IMG/VR virus record: IMGVR_UViG_3300025614_000002
Length of the DNA stretch: 64,000 bases
Strand: one strand, 5' to 3'
From: an uncultured virus (IMG/VR IMGVR_UViG_3300025614_000002)
Taxonomy: Duplodnaviria > Heunggongvirae > Uroviricota > Caudoviricetes
Shown here in pieces: positions 37,501-46,882 of this stretch (within the stretch, counting starts at the first letter, position 1; each line of letters opens with the position of its first letter). The translations under genes were made by a program, and so were the position numbers. Below the pieces are notes generated by a model. The model was not told the DNA's origin, did not search any database, and saw nothing but the letters and a program-made list of their open reading frames with translations.

Positions 37501-39347
37501 CCTTCGCGGAGGGGGACATCCTCGCCCCGTTCACCCCACTCACGAACAGCATCCTGGTCACAGATCGGATCGAGCGCCCAAACTGGTGGCGCGAGTTCTC
37601 GGATGTCGCAGGAAGCGTAGAGCTCCAGAAGTACCACTCCTGGCAGGTGGAGGTAGATCTCCAGGCCACGGACTCGAGAGACCTGCCGCTGATCGCGGAC
37701 TTCCTGGGGAAGATTCGCCCGATCTACACCAAGCCCACAGTGCTCGGTGTCCTGTCTCTCTTGGACACAGTGACCGTAGAGGACGATCTCTCGTTCATCC
37801 TCGACGCGTTCCTCTACGACGATCCCGCGTTCAGCAGGCAGTCGAGCCACATGTTCGACGACTACAGCGGCAGCAGCCTGGCGCTACGTCGAGTGGACTT
37901 CGGGAGTCAGAGCGTCCGTTCGCTGTTCCAGGGAGATGACCTGGTGATGAGTGCCGGCTCAGGGGTGCTCACGTCTGCCCGTGGGGGGTTCCTCACAGGG
38001 ACAGTGGGCGACGATGTCACCCTCCCGTACATCAACCGCATTTTTGAGGACGAAGTCCAGATTCGTGGAGAGGGCTTCGTGCGTGCGGGAGACCACTTCT
38101 TCATCACCTCCGGCCCAAACCGGGGCCGCTACGAAGTGTCCACCGTAGACTCTGACACGCAGGTCACGGTGGTCCAAGCAGATGGAGAGGTGCCCCGAAG
38201 CCTGGAGATCTCCGCAGTCCAGGACGACTCCGAGGCGTACTTCCACATCGTCCGAGACACGAGCCCGATTCTGTCCACGGGAACCCTGACTGCGATCGAC
38301 GCGAACACCGTCGTGGACTCCAGCGCGACGTTCCGGTCAGATGGGGTGACCTCGGAAGACCGGCTCATCGTGCTGTCCGGCGCCAACCAGGGGGTGTACC
38401 GGATCTTCGCAGCTGGGGTGTACGACCCCACCCCTGAGATCTTCGTAGATCAGGAGACAAAGCTCACCCTCGAGACTGAGCTCCCCGATTCTGGGGATCT
38501 GGAGGACTACCGGATCGAGAGGTGGGCGCTGGGAGCCAACCCCGTCTTCTCCTCCGCGGCTACCGGCACCATCGGGGGAACCATCATCACCGCTACGGAT
38601 GTGTCGCTGTACGATGTCGAGCGGGATGACCGAGTCGTAGACCAGGCCTCCGGCGCGGTCTACCGGGTGATTGCCACTGTTGGGGATGAGATCTTCGTAG
38701 ACCGCGCCCTTGAGGCGACCATCGCAGGCGACATCGAGGTCAACAAGCTGGTCTTCGAGGGAGACGGGGATGATAGCGACTACCGCCTCGAGCGCCTCAT
38801 GGGGTACGACCTGCTTGAGATGGACATCTACTGGCCCCTGACCCTCGTGGATACCTTCGTCTCCATGACGCTGACCATCGACGGGGACGTGGCGGATGCC
38901 GGAGCTGCGCCTTCTGCGGTGGCGGGAGACGTGCTCATCCTCCCGATTGAGTGGACCGACGCCGACGCCGACCTCACACCCGACCCTGACGAGGTCACCA
39001 CAAGCGTGTCCCACGGGGCGTACCGGATCACCGGCATCTCCGGGAACGAGATCACAGTTGACTCGACCTTCCCCGGGGTAGAGGTGGGGGTCACCCCCGA
39101 GTCCGGGGTTCCGGGGTACACCTACACTCCTGCAGCCTCCTTCCAGGTCACCGGGACCGGAGACACGATCGCCTGCGCAGACGACGTGGAGATCTTGGGC
39201 GTGCGCCCCGGAGACTTCATCGAGATCGAGGATTGGACGGTGGCGATCTTGGGGGTCAGTGGGGCGTACCTGACTCTGGCGGAGACCACAGATCTCACGA
39301 TCGGGGCCTCCTACACTGGTAGAATCTTCAGGAAGGAAACTCCGTGA
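34584..39347 (+). CDS. Large baseplate/tail protein (PKD-like N-terminus; gp7/P2-I-like segment)
   Basis: 1587 aa. YTWTLRAPIGS...GVYIVSLVVS (PKD-like); LIADFLGKIRPIYT. Contains repeated GD.L.I..G.N.G.Y.I modules. Confidence 0.65.
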   Translation: MPSTLETHRLGVADLNRRPTARVTPEEATGILGAILPISGAGSTLEGQPFDDMAYTWTLRAPIGSEAELRFEDSQQQVAQLEGDITGVYIVSLVVSANGLDSEAAEAALFFSAATVPAVRRHNVPGDFMFSVLSDFWRLVNDREVFPIVWSSYTQAVASDYLRAFQIDRAKSIATVQPLFQARWIDFSPVVEISAPEVDAIFGYPQSGTGAFTGSVTFVGQGIVVSRRELRLLGGTTSLAIGTDLQIFAGSSAGEYQINRLSADEQGYVVSGSTPLPGKDVVFSGVDLVAPVSSLDAPYAPSTDFEAEGVEVGDFLSISTGRNAGYYEVTAVSGATLAVSPSLPFRGSNISFEFLRPVRCSFLRPAGAATSTVYIPFDEADLTVYDAQDVRGAGEVVAPYEITVQAEHVLDSALGRELVILSGSLSGQRFPISTINSAGSGYIVSRAIPLETFPETVQYGFVVGRGIQERILALDGVGHQIASYEVIRGLPPEDAGGRGDLWAVRLASATAPAGVEALPWRISPILRSSEQDFQGLAVRAGDLLYLEVSRVDLETATLVPAQVTGVSGSVVAFELGTGELEYGTDEDGRYYRGELSAEEILQISGDLSIPTVTIGSTDEALLTNAALDIYALLNGSTFRREMSNLPLDPTTSVDLGGFFTIRVWPKKIVRNSAIPLLDLVDPIYSVPALFEYPTAESVAETADGWQITYEDRTSALLDREPVQMVENSDYLLVGSTVSGAALSTTSGSARVSIADVDLVSSGIRGGDSLELLTGLSKGTFVVRAVLSASDLLITPRDVDGRYPVATESAVEFTISRAEAVTTLEMVRSFSPSSPAPEVLWAPLVLLENTRYIEDNFGLMVGAERADLDAFGTTQITYRSAVAGLMYAWATGPVLRSAEIGAHILGDLPVTEKLCEIVEINTEYTENYGRVLVEELNNEGTGTGLLQSYRYRRSDLYSLATFRGLALNPETGLTFAEGDILAPFTPLTNSILVTDRIERPNWWREFSDVAGSVELQKYHSWQVEVDLQATDSRDLPLIADFLGKIRPIYTKPTVLGVLSLLDTVTVEDDLSFILDAFLYDDPAFSRQSSHMFDDYSGSSLALRRVDFGSQSVRSLFQGDDLVMSAGSGVLTSARGGFLTGTVGDDVTLPYINRIFEDEVQIRGEGFVRAGDHFFITSGPNRGRYEVSTVDSDTQVTVVQADGEVPRSLEISAVQDDSEAYFHIVRDTSPILSTGTLTAIDANTVVDSSATFRSDGVTSEDRLIVLSGANQGVYRIFAAGVYDPTPEIFVDQETKLTLETELPDSGDLEDYRIERWALGANPVFSSAATGTIGGTIITATDVSLYDVERDDRVVDQASGAVYRVIATVGDEIFVDRALEATIAGDIEVNKLVFEGDGDDSDYRLERLMGYDLLEMDIYWPLTLVDTFVSMTLTIDGDVADAGAAPSAVAGDVLILPIEWTDADADLTPDPDEVTTSVSHGAYRITGISGNEITVDSTFPGVEVGVTPESGVPGYTYTPAASFQVTGTGDTIACADDVEILGVRPGDFIEIEDWTVAILGVSGAYLTLAETTDLTIGASYTGRIFRKETP

Positions 39348-39526
39348 GGCACAAGGACGTCCCCAAGGTCCGAGACTCCCTCCTCATCCAGGGCGGTACT
39401 CGCGGCGAGAAGAGGGGTGGGCTAAGATCGGAAACCGGCGGACCCGTCGATCCCGCGCTCATCGCGAAGAACTTCGGTGTCAGCCTCGAAGAAGCCGAAG
39501 AGATCAGCCGGAGGCTGTCCCGATGA
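39344..39526 (+). CDS. Hypothetical protein, 60 aa
   Basis: GTGA and ATGA overlaps on both sides. Confidence 0.65.
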   Translation: MRHKDVPKVRDSLLIQGGTRGEKRGGLRSETGGPVDPALIAKNFGVSLEEAEEISRRLSR

Positions 39527-40146
39527 ACCTCAACTTCCTGAAGCTGCTCCCGTTCTTCGGAGCCAAGACTCTCGAAGACCACAAGACGGCCCCCGCGATC
39601 GAGGGATTCGTCAAGATCGAGACCCGAGAGGGCGGGAAGCGGCGGCAGTACGTCGAAGGAAAGAACATCTGGACGCTCACGGGACGTGAGTACCTCTCGG
39701 AGCTCATCGCTCTTCGTGTGGTCACGCCGCGTGACACCTTCCGGAATGACCGAATCGCCTTCATCGGCATGGGAGGGGGATCTCAGGCGGAGGTGGCGAA
39801 CATCAGCAGCCTGGTGGATCCCCTGCCCTACGCTCCCGCGGAGTTCCTGGCGAGAGTCAAGACCCCGGCGACGTTCCCGGCCTCGGCATCCTCGTCCGCC
39901 CGCACAGCGGTGCGCTTCGTGCGTGAGTACGGACAGACAGAGCTCAGTCTCGGTGCCACTGCCATCCTGACGGAAGCCGGTCTGTTCACCGATGGCGACC
40001 CCGACAGTGATTGGGACACCTCGTCCCCGATCACAGGATTCAGTGCCAGCTCGGATCGTGCGCCCATGGCGTACAAGACCTTCGAGCCGGTCAGCAAGAC
40101 CAGTGCATTCACCCTCCGGGTGATCTGGGAAGTGAGGTTCCTGTGA
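39523..40146 (+). CDS. Putative tail collar / fiber-attachment protein
   Basis: KNIWTLTGREYL...IAFIGMGGG...LTEAGLF...AYKTFEPVSKTS.FTLRVIWEV resembles phage tail-collar-type proteins. Confidence 0.6.
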   Translation: MNLNFLKLLPFFGAKTLEDHKTAPAIEGFVKIETREGGKRRQYVEGKNIWTLTGREYLSELIALRVVTPRDTFRNDRIAFIGMGGGSQAEVANISSLVDPLPYAPAEFLARVKTPATFPASASSSARTAVRFVREYGQTELSLGATAILTEAGLFTDGDPDSDWDTSSPITGFSASSDRAPMAYKTFEPVSKTSAFTLRVIWEVRFL

Positions 40147-43100
40147 GCGACTACACACGCCGCCCGTTCCTGGCGAGCCAGACCGACAAGGTCATCCTCT
40201 CCGAGCCGGTCATCTTCGGCGTCGTCCACGTCAATGTGGATGGCGACTACGACGACATGCCGGCGTCCGGGACGCTCGAGCTGGCCATCGAGACTGAGTC
40301 CACTTCCAGTCCGACCATCGAGACCCAGCAGTGGGACGCCGCGGTCGATGACGTGTCTCTCGCAGGGCTTGTCGCGGCGATCAACGACTCTGGATCTCCG
40401 CTCTACCCCTTCGTCGAGGCCAGCGCCTTCGAGGGGGTCCTGCGCCTGGCGTCCAAGCAGACTGGCTACCTCTCGGCAGGAAACCCTGCCTACCTGACCA
40501 TCCACCCGCAGACCTCGGGTAGCGGTGTCACGGACCTCGGGCCGCTCGTAGGGTTCGCGCTCTCGCCGCACCCGACCGCCACTGTCCGGGCCGGAGATCT
40601 GGCGACATCCTCCGTGCGCGCCATGACCCAGGGGAACCGCCCCGGGTCGGTGTTCATCGCCCGAGGGGAAGACCGCACCGGGGAGAACTTCAACCGCGCC
40701 CTGCATCGCCTGGCGATGAACCTCGACAACCACGAGGTCAAGCTGGTGCGGGATGTGGCGGTCCCGGTAGCCCTTGAGATCCCGGAAGGATCATCGCGTT
40801 TCCGTACCGACGTGGCCACGGGGCAGATCCTCGGTGTGGAGCTCACGATCGGCTTCGGGGATGACCTCGACTCGGTCTTGGCCACCGGCATCTACGTGGG
40901 CGGCCCCGCCCATGATGCGTCCATCGACGAGATCTCCAAGTTCTACTCCGTCCTGGATCCCGACTGGAACGAGATCTCCGTGGTCTCCCACGACGACCCA
41001 GGCCCCGGGGACGTGAAGGACACTGTGGTCCGAGTGGGCACAGTTGCCTACGTCCCCTCGTCTCCTCCCGGCTCCTACGCCGACAGCGACTTCGAGCTCG
41101 ACGGATCTTCGCGCGCGGCCCTGTCCAACGACCCCACGTTCGACTCCTACCGCTCCGCCTTCCAGGACTCCTCGAATCAGCCGGGCAAGGCCACCAGCGT
41201 CATCACGGAGATCGTGGATGGCGCCACAGTGGTCTGTGCGACCGCTACCTTCGAGACCGACCTGGTCGAAGCCGGCGACATCGCGATCATCTCGAGCTCG
41301 GGGGTCTCCAGCCCCATCAACCACGATGGCGAGTACATCGTTGATGTGGTGGTGTCTGAGACCGAACTGATCTTGCGTCCAGTGGACGAGGACTCTCTGC
41401 ATCTCCTGACCGACGATGGGCTGGGAAACATCGAGATCCGTCCCAACGGTGAGTTCGAAACCAGTCTGTACCTCGGCTTTGAGCCGCCGCTTCCTCGGGT
41501 CCCCTCTGGCGGAGTCAAGGTCATCCTGGGCATGCAGGACGGCTTCGGAGACATGCCGCGGGACTTCCTGCTGGTGCCCGCTGTCAACTCAGCTGACGAG
41601 GTCGATGGCTGGGTCCTGAAGAACCTCTTCCGTGCGCTCAACCTGCAGGGCATCTACGACGGGCAGGGACAGGACAAGGGCTCCGGGTTTCATGCGGACG
41701 CCACGCATCGTCCTCTCACGATGCACTCCATCCCCGAGGCGAACTCTCCGTCCTCCGTCCGGACGGGGGCCTCTGGGACCATCCAGGCCGGCTCAAACTG
41801 GTTCACCATCGGCACAGGTGACGAGTTCACCCTGCCCGATGTGGGACGATCGTTCACGTTCACGCTGTCCGGCACGGAGCACCACGACTGGCGGATCTCT
41901 CGACTGATCGACGCGCGTACCGTGGAGCTGGTCCCTCCCCCGCATCAGATCGGTACTGTCCTGGCCACGGGCAGCGTCAGCGCCTGGGAGATCTTCGATA
42001 CGATGCTGCCGGACTTCCAGGCAGCCATCAGCTCGGTGACAGAGTCCGCCCGAGCCGGAGGATTCCACCACACGAAGGTCAACGACGGAACCTCGAGTGG
42101 TGACCTCTCCTTCGCCCACCTCGAGCACATCACTGAGTTCGAGGCGTTTGGCTCGAGCGTGGGGGCCGTCAGTCTCCCCACCCTGACTGCGGCGCTGTCT
42201 GGCGACGAGCTCACGTTTGCAACAGTGAACGTGGATGACTGTCCGAGCATCTTCCCGATCTCGGCCCATGCCTCTTCTCGGCGGAACGACAACATCCGTG
42301 GAGGCGTCAGCTTCGCCAAGCTGACCTCTGGCACGGATGTGGGGCTGTACCTGGTCTACTCGACGCGCATCAGCGGGTCGGGGTCCATCGTGAAGCTCCA
42401 GAACCTGGACGGCACCTCCCCCAGCTTCGCGGCCGGGAGCGAGACCGTCTCGTTCTACACGCTGCGCGCTGGGTTCGGGGTTCCGCTCTTCGGCGGTGCA
42501 GATGACGCTGGGAGGGCGGCCCTGTCCCTCTTCGAGGACGGGGTGCAGAAGGGAGGGGATTCGTACGCCCTTCGCGCGGGCTGGGCCGGTCCTGGTGCGG
42601 GCGTTCTGGTCACCGCGAATGACTCCTCGTTCGAGGCGCTGCTCGCTACAGCGACGGACAAGGGCGCAGTGGGCCCCACCCTGAAGCTCGTCGCGTACGC
42701 CCCTGCCTACGGTGCGGATGTCGAGGTCCGCGGAGACCACTCGAGCTCGTCTGCGCAAGGCCGGGGCGAGTACGGCATCAAGATCGTGGTCGAGACCTAC
42801 GCCCACGACATGAGCCAGGCGGACTCCACGTGGAGTGACGGCCTGCGTGGCGCTGGCGTGCAGGCGGTCCAGGAAGGGCTGGACCCCGCAGGCTCCTTCA
42901 TCCGCAGGGCCGGCGGTAGCGGGTCTGTCGCGCTCCTGTACCCGGCCACCCTGTTCGTGGCGTCGCTGGGCGAGATCGACCATGTGGGCGCTGCCACGGG
43001 CATGACCCTCGTGGGAGACCTGTACCTCCCAGGCCACCAGTCCTCGGGCATCTACACCGGGGGCTCCGGCACCTTCAACGAGCTCCGTCCGGGCTACACC

Positions 43101-46100
43101 GATCTGGATGTCGATCCCCCGACCTTCTGGGGAGACGGCGCCGCCTGGCTGGGCGGTCCATACCTCCTGGCAGATGTGGGGTCCGTCACAGTCGCCGATC
43201 CCGACTACTCGCGGTTCAACTTCGACCACGACTTCGTCGTCGATCTGACCCGTGCAGACGCGCCAGATCTGGATGCGCGTTCTCCGGCGGAAATCGTCCA
43301 CATGGGGATCCGACTGGACCTGAGTGGCACTCCCTTCGGCGGGACCATCCTGGGCGTGTGGGACAACGGTTCCGGGGTGTACCGGATGGCAGTGCGTGCC
43401 CAGACGGGCACCAGCCACACCACAGGAACCCACGACATGAAGGCCTACGGCCGTCGGTGGTTCTACAGCTACATCGATATCGCGAACTACTCGGAGATCG
43501 GTACGGGCGTCATCGCCCCCTACCAGGATCCGGGCAGCTCGCAGACATCGAACACCGTCAGCACCTCCTCGATCCCGGCAGTCATGCCGGATGTGGATCA
43601 GGGGCAGGACGGGGCCGGGGGTCTGCGCCCGCTGATCACCTACGACTTCGGAGACGGCTCCGCTGGGTTCGACTACGGGAAGCTGAACATCTCGACCCCG
43701 GATTCCGCGGGTCTGGGAGATCTGCTCTCCCTCTTCTCCTTCGGGCAGCGGTCTGGAGAGAACCTGGCGGACTACGCCACGGCGGTCGCGTCCAACGACG
43801 CGCGAGATGAGGACGCATGGCGGAACCTCGCGGGGGCGCTGACTTCGGCGATTGACGGGCACGTCTCCACTGCGCGTGCGGAGATTGGAGGCCCTGCTCC
43901 CTTCGTCAAGGGACAGGTGCCCTCTTCGCGGGATCTCCTCCGGTACGAGATGTTCTGGGACACGGATGCTGCCCTCGATCCCGCCATCAGCGGCTCCGCC
44001 CACGTAGAGGTGATCCCTAACGATGGGGTGCGGACCTTCGGCGGCTGGTCGTACTCGGCAACCCCACACTTCTCCGGAGGTGGTTCGAAGATCGTGGTCT
44101 CTCGTGACCGTGCCGATGCGGATGCCGGCTACGTCTACCTCTACCTGAAGCTCGCACGCTCCATCGTGGAGGGGAACCTCGCGTTCCGGGTGCTCGTAGA
44201 TGCCCTCCAGTTCAGCCTGGTGGACAAGAACATGATCGTGGAGATCGTGGAGGGCACCTCGGGGTCCACCGTTCTGGCTTCCAAGACGATCTCGGTCCCC
44301 ACTGGCAACAACTACGACAGGTTCGTGATCGACTTCCTCGAGTGGACACCCGAGGATGAGCTCTCTCGGACAGACCAGGATGTGTTTCTCCGGATCTCGG
44401 CGTACCTCCACGGGCCCGCGGTCGTGGAGGCCGCAGGAGACACGTTCATGGGGGACGGGAGCTCGAACGGAGCTCCTCCCCTCTGGTACTTTCGGGGCAT
44501 CAACGTCCACCCGCTCGAGCAGGGGCTCTTCAAGGGGAACCTGACGCTGCAGGGTGTGCTGCGGGCCGCCGGCCTGCGGTCGCATACTCCGATTCTGGGC
44601 CACCAGGTCGTGGGTCCGAGCTCGGTGCAGCTTCTCCAGAACGTAGGCTACGGAGACCGGGAGTCTGACGCGGATACCTCGAGCTACGCTCGGACAACGG
44701 GAGACACGCCGACGATGCCGACCTTCGCGTCGGTGACGTACTCTCCTCTGAGTGACCCGGGAGGCATCCAGGAAGGTTCGAACGTCGGCACCCTGCCCAT
44801 GTTCGAACTTTCGAGTCCTGTCCGGACGATTCAGGGCCGCGATACCCAGCCGCACAGCAAGCTGGCGTACTCCTACTCACGCTCGGACTACACCGACGGG
44901 GGGCTGGGGGCCAGTGCGTGGGGGGACACACAACCGGATCTCGACTACGGATCCCAGAACATCTCGGTGCTTGCCGGCGTCTTCAATAGCGAAGGAAGTT
45001 CGCATGATTACACGTTCACGGCCGGCACGTACGTCATGCACACGTTCGTCGGAGTCCCGGGAATCTACGACCGGACGGATATCCCCGGTGGCGAGGTAGG
45101 CAGTCACTACCTGGACGGGACCCTGAAGATCCCCAACACGGCACGGTGGGGCTACGCAGCCTTTGCCCAGCCCCAGCTCATGTTTACGGGAGACGGCGGG
45201 TCCCCCGGAACCAAGGGCCCTGCGGACGCAGACGTCCTCCACCTGTCCAACCATGTCGGCACGGTGGTTCGGTACTACCGGCCCAAATTCGAGTTTGGGT
45301 CGTTCTTCAAAGTGGGCTCTGGCAGTGCAACGGTTGACGCGTACCACCCGTACTTCGATCCCTTCTTCTACTGGGCGTACTGCGCCTCTGGGGTGGCAGA
45401 CCGCTTGTCGGACGACGAGAAGGAGCACCTGGTGGAGACGTACGGCCTTCACGCCGACTTCTTCACAGACGTAGATCCCGATGGGAAACTGGGCTCCATG
45501 GTGCTGAAGGACCTGGTGGCCGAGGCAGACTACCGGGTGAACCCCGACTTCTGGGACATGCCGGGGCGCACAGGGTTTGTGATTCCTCTGGATCCTCCGC
45601 ATGGGGCCCTCCTCAGCCAGCTGGAGGTGAACCTCTCGTTCATCGCAGCCGATGGGCGCTCGCGAAATGCCGACGGAGAGTACTCAGCGTCATCCTCCTT
45701 CTCGGTATGGAGGTCCAGCCCGGACAAGGATGCCCCCGCGTCGGAGTGGGTTGATCCCACAGCCTGGCGGGAGCGAGAAGGGGTGATTGTGCGTCTGTGG
45801 CGCCACAACCTCTTCGGAGAATTCGGGGCGCAGGCCCCCAACACAGGAGCATCCGGGGTCAGCAGCCCCTCCTCGGGATTCGCAGAGCTCTTGGCGGAGA
45901 CGGAGGTAGATCTCAGCTCGACCACCGCCACCGCTGTTTCTGAGCATTTCGAGCTGGCGGTCGCCGAGCTGGCAGCGAACACTGCGCGAGTGGTAGACCG
46001 TCGCCGGTACAGCTATCACGCCACCGTAGAGTTCTATGTGGGGTGCCGCCGGGAGGCTCCGGACGGTCTGGAGATCCCCGGCCTGGGCTCCGATGATCTC

Positions 46101-46667
46101 GAAAACGCCCAACGGACGTCCCCCCTGACGTGGACCACCGCGTTCTCGGGCATCTGGCCGAGCAGCCAGGGAGGCTTCGGAGATTGGCGGGATTCTGCGT
46201 CATCCTTCCGGAAGGGGTACCAGAAAGCCGTCGCATGGGAGGGCCATCTCGTACGCAGACGGGGACGCGACAGCGACTCCGCGGCCGCGGTCGTCTATGG
46301 GGACTCGTTCTTCTCCCAAGCAGAGAACGAGAGCACCTGGACCTGGGGTAATGTTGAGTGGCACACCTCCACGTCCCCAAAAAATGGGTTCAATCTCAGG
46401 CGGTCTGTGTACGATGCCCAGTCCTTTGTAGCGGCGGGCAGTAGCCCTGGGCCGTTCTACATTCTGCCGCCGCACACACACGGGGACGACGAGATCTTCA
46501 CCGATCAGGCGAACACCCCCATAGCCTCGGTGGGGTTTACCGAGCTCGTGGAGTTCCCCTTCGAGAGCTCCTCCCGTGTGGACTCAGATCCCGCTACCCC
46601 CATGGTCAAGTTCCGCGGAGCGCGGCTCACCTGGGTGACTGATCGCCTCTCGGATGGCGGCTGGTAG
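40143..46667 (+). CDS. Giant tail fiber / receptor-binding-like protein (~2174 aa)
   Basis: GTG at 40143 overlaps the upstream TGA. G/S/T/D-rich beta composition. It is the last gene of the tail block. Confidence 0.65.
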   Translation: MSDYTRRPFLASQTDKVILSEPVIFGVVHVNVDGDYDDMPASGTLELAIETESTSSPTIETQQWDAAVDDVSLAGLVAAINDSGSPLYPFVEASAFEGVLRLASKQTGYLSAGNPAYLTIHPQTSGSGVTDLGPLVGFALSPHPTATVRAGDLATSSVRAMTQGNRPGSVFIARGEDRTGENFNRALHRLAMNLDNHEVKLVRDVAVPVALEIPEGSSRFRTDVATGQILGVELTIGFGDDLDSVLATGIYVGGPAHDASIDEISKFYSVLDPDWNEISVVSHDDPGPGDVKDTVVRVGTVAYVPSSPPGSYADSDFELDGSSRAALSNDPTFDSYRSAFQDSSNQPGKATSVITEIVDGATVVCATATFETDLVEAGDIAIISSSGVSSPINHDGEYIVDVVVSETELILRPVDEDSLHLLTDDGLGNIEIRPNGEFETSLYLGFEPPLPRVPSGGVKVILGMQDGFGDMPRDFLLVPAVNSADEVDGWVLKNLFRALNLQGIYDGQGQDKGSGFHADATHRPLTMHSIPEANSPSSVRTGASGTIQAGSNWFTIGTGDEFTLPDVGRSFTFTLSGTEHHDWRISRLIDARTVELVPPPHQIGTVLATGSVSAWEIFDTMLPDFQAAISSVTESARAGGFHHTKVNDGTSSGDLSFAHLEHITEFEAFGSSVGAVSLPTLTAALSGDELTFATVNVDDCPSIFPISAHASSRRNDNIRGGVSFAKLTSGTDVGLYLVYSTRISGSGSIVKLQNLDGTSPSFAAGSETVSFYTLRAGFGVPLFGGADDAGRAALSLFEDGVQKGGDSYALRAGWAGPGAGVLVTANDSSFEALLATATDKGAVGPTLKLVAYAPAYGADVEVRGDHSSSSAQGRGEYGIKIVVETYAHDMSQADSTWSDGLRGAGVQAVQEGLDPAGSFIRRAGGSGSVALLYPATLFVASLGEIDHVGAATGMTLVGDLYLPGHQSSGIYTGGSGTFNELRPGYTDLDVDPPTFWGDGAAWLGGPYLLADVGSVTVADPDYSRFNFDHDFVVDLTRADAPDLDARSPAEIVHMGIRLDLSGTPFGGTILGVWDNGSGVYRMAVRAQTGTSHTTGTHDMKAYGRRWFYSYIDIANYSEIGTGVIAPYQDPGSSQTSNTVSTSSIPAVMPDVDQGQDGAGGLRPLITYDFGDGSAGFDYGKLNISTPDSAGLGDLLSLFSFGQRSGENLADYATAVASNDARDEDAWRNLAGALTSAIDGHVSTARAEIGGPAPFVKGQVPSSRDLLRYEMFWDTDAALDPAISGSAHVEVIPNDGVRTFGGWSYSATPHFSGGGSKIVVSRDRADADAGYVYLYLKLARSIVEGNLAFRVLVDALQFSLVDKNMIVEIVEGTSGSTVLASKTISVPTGNNYDRFVIDFLEWTPEDELSRTDQDVFLRISAYLHGPAVVEAAGDTFMGDGSSNGAPPLWYFRGINVHPLEQGLFKGNLTLQGVLRAAGLRSHTPILGHQVVGPSSVQLLQNVGYGDRESDADTSSYARTTGDTPTMPTFASVTYSPLSDPGGIQEGSNVGTLPMFELSSPVRTIQGRDTQPHSKLAYSYSRSDYTDGGLGASAWGDTQPDLDYGSQNISVLAGVFNSEGSSHDYTFTAGTYVMHTFVGVPGIYDRTDIPGGEVGSHYLDGTLKIPNTARWGYAAFAQPQLMFTGDGGSPGTKGPADADVLHLSNHVGTVVRYYRPKFEFGSFFKVGSGSATVDAYHPYFDPFFYWAYCASGVADRLSDDEKEHLVETYGLHADFFTDVDPDGKLGSMVLKDLVAEADYRVNPDFWDMPGRTGFVIPLDPPHGALLSQLEVNLSFIAADGRSRNADGEYSASSSFSVWRSSPDKDAPASEWVDPTAWREREGVIVRLWRHNLFGEFGAQAPNTGASGVSSPSSGFAELLAETEVDLSSTTATAVSEHFELAVAELAANTARVVDRRRYSYHATVEFYVGCRREAPDGLEIPGLGSDDLENAQRTSPLTWTTAFSGIWPSSQGGFGDWRDSASSFRKGYQKAVAWEGHLVRRRGRDSDSAAAVVYGDSFFSQAENESTWTWGNVEWHTSTSPKNGFNLRRSVYDAQSFVAAGSSPGPFYILPPHTHGDDEIFTDQANTPIASVGFTELVEFPFESSSRVDSDPATPMVKFRGARLTWVTDRLSDGGW

Positions 46668-46682
46668 TGTGAGCTAAAGAAA

Positions 46683-46711
46683 GGCGGCCCTCCAACAGTG
46701 GAAGGGCCGCC
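46683..46711 (-). terminator. Intrinsic terminator at the convergence of the structural and replication blocks
   Basis: GGCGGCCCTCCA-ACAG-TGGAAGGGCCGCC (one bulge), preceded by AAAGAAA, which reads as a U-tract on the minus strand. Confidence 0.7.
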
Positions 46712-46726
46712 CAGAAGTATGAAACG

Positions 46727-46882
46727 CTACACGGTGAGGCTGAGAACCAGCGCGACAGCCTGTTCGAGGGAATCCCCCCGATACAGGAAGCCGGCGTCGT
46801 TCAGCAGGGCCTTCACCTCCCGAAGCCCCATGTCTGCGAGGTCTCCCTCAGAGAACAGGGTGACTCGGTTCAGCTGCGCCAG
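46727..46882 (-). CDS. Possible small protein (LAQLNRVTLFSEGDLADMGLREVKALLNDAGF...)
   Basis: Coding-like codon usage fills the gap before the terminator. The start is unclear (CTG at 46882 or ATG at 46831). Confidence 0.4.
   Translation of the reverse strand: MAQLNRVTLFSEGDLADMGLREVKALLNDAGFLYRGDSLEQAVALVLSLTV

Noticed and set aside
41793..44855. 1020-aa minus-strand ORF
   Set aside because: Antisense shadow of the tail-fiber gene. High GC3 removes stops on the opposite strand, and the translation has no motifs.
14773..46667. Bacterial contractile injection system (eCIS/T6SS/tailocin)
   Set aside because: The block is adjacent to a full phage-type replication module, and the window has no cellular housekeeping context.
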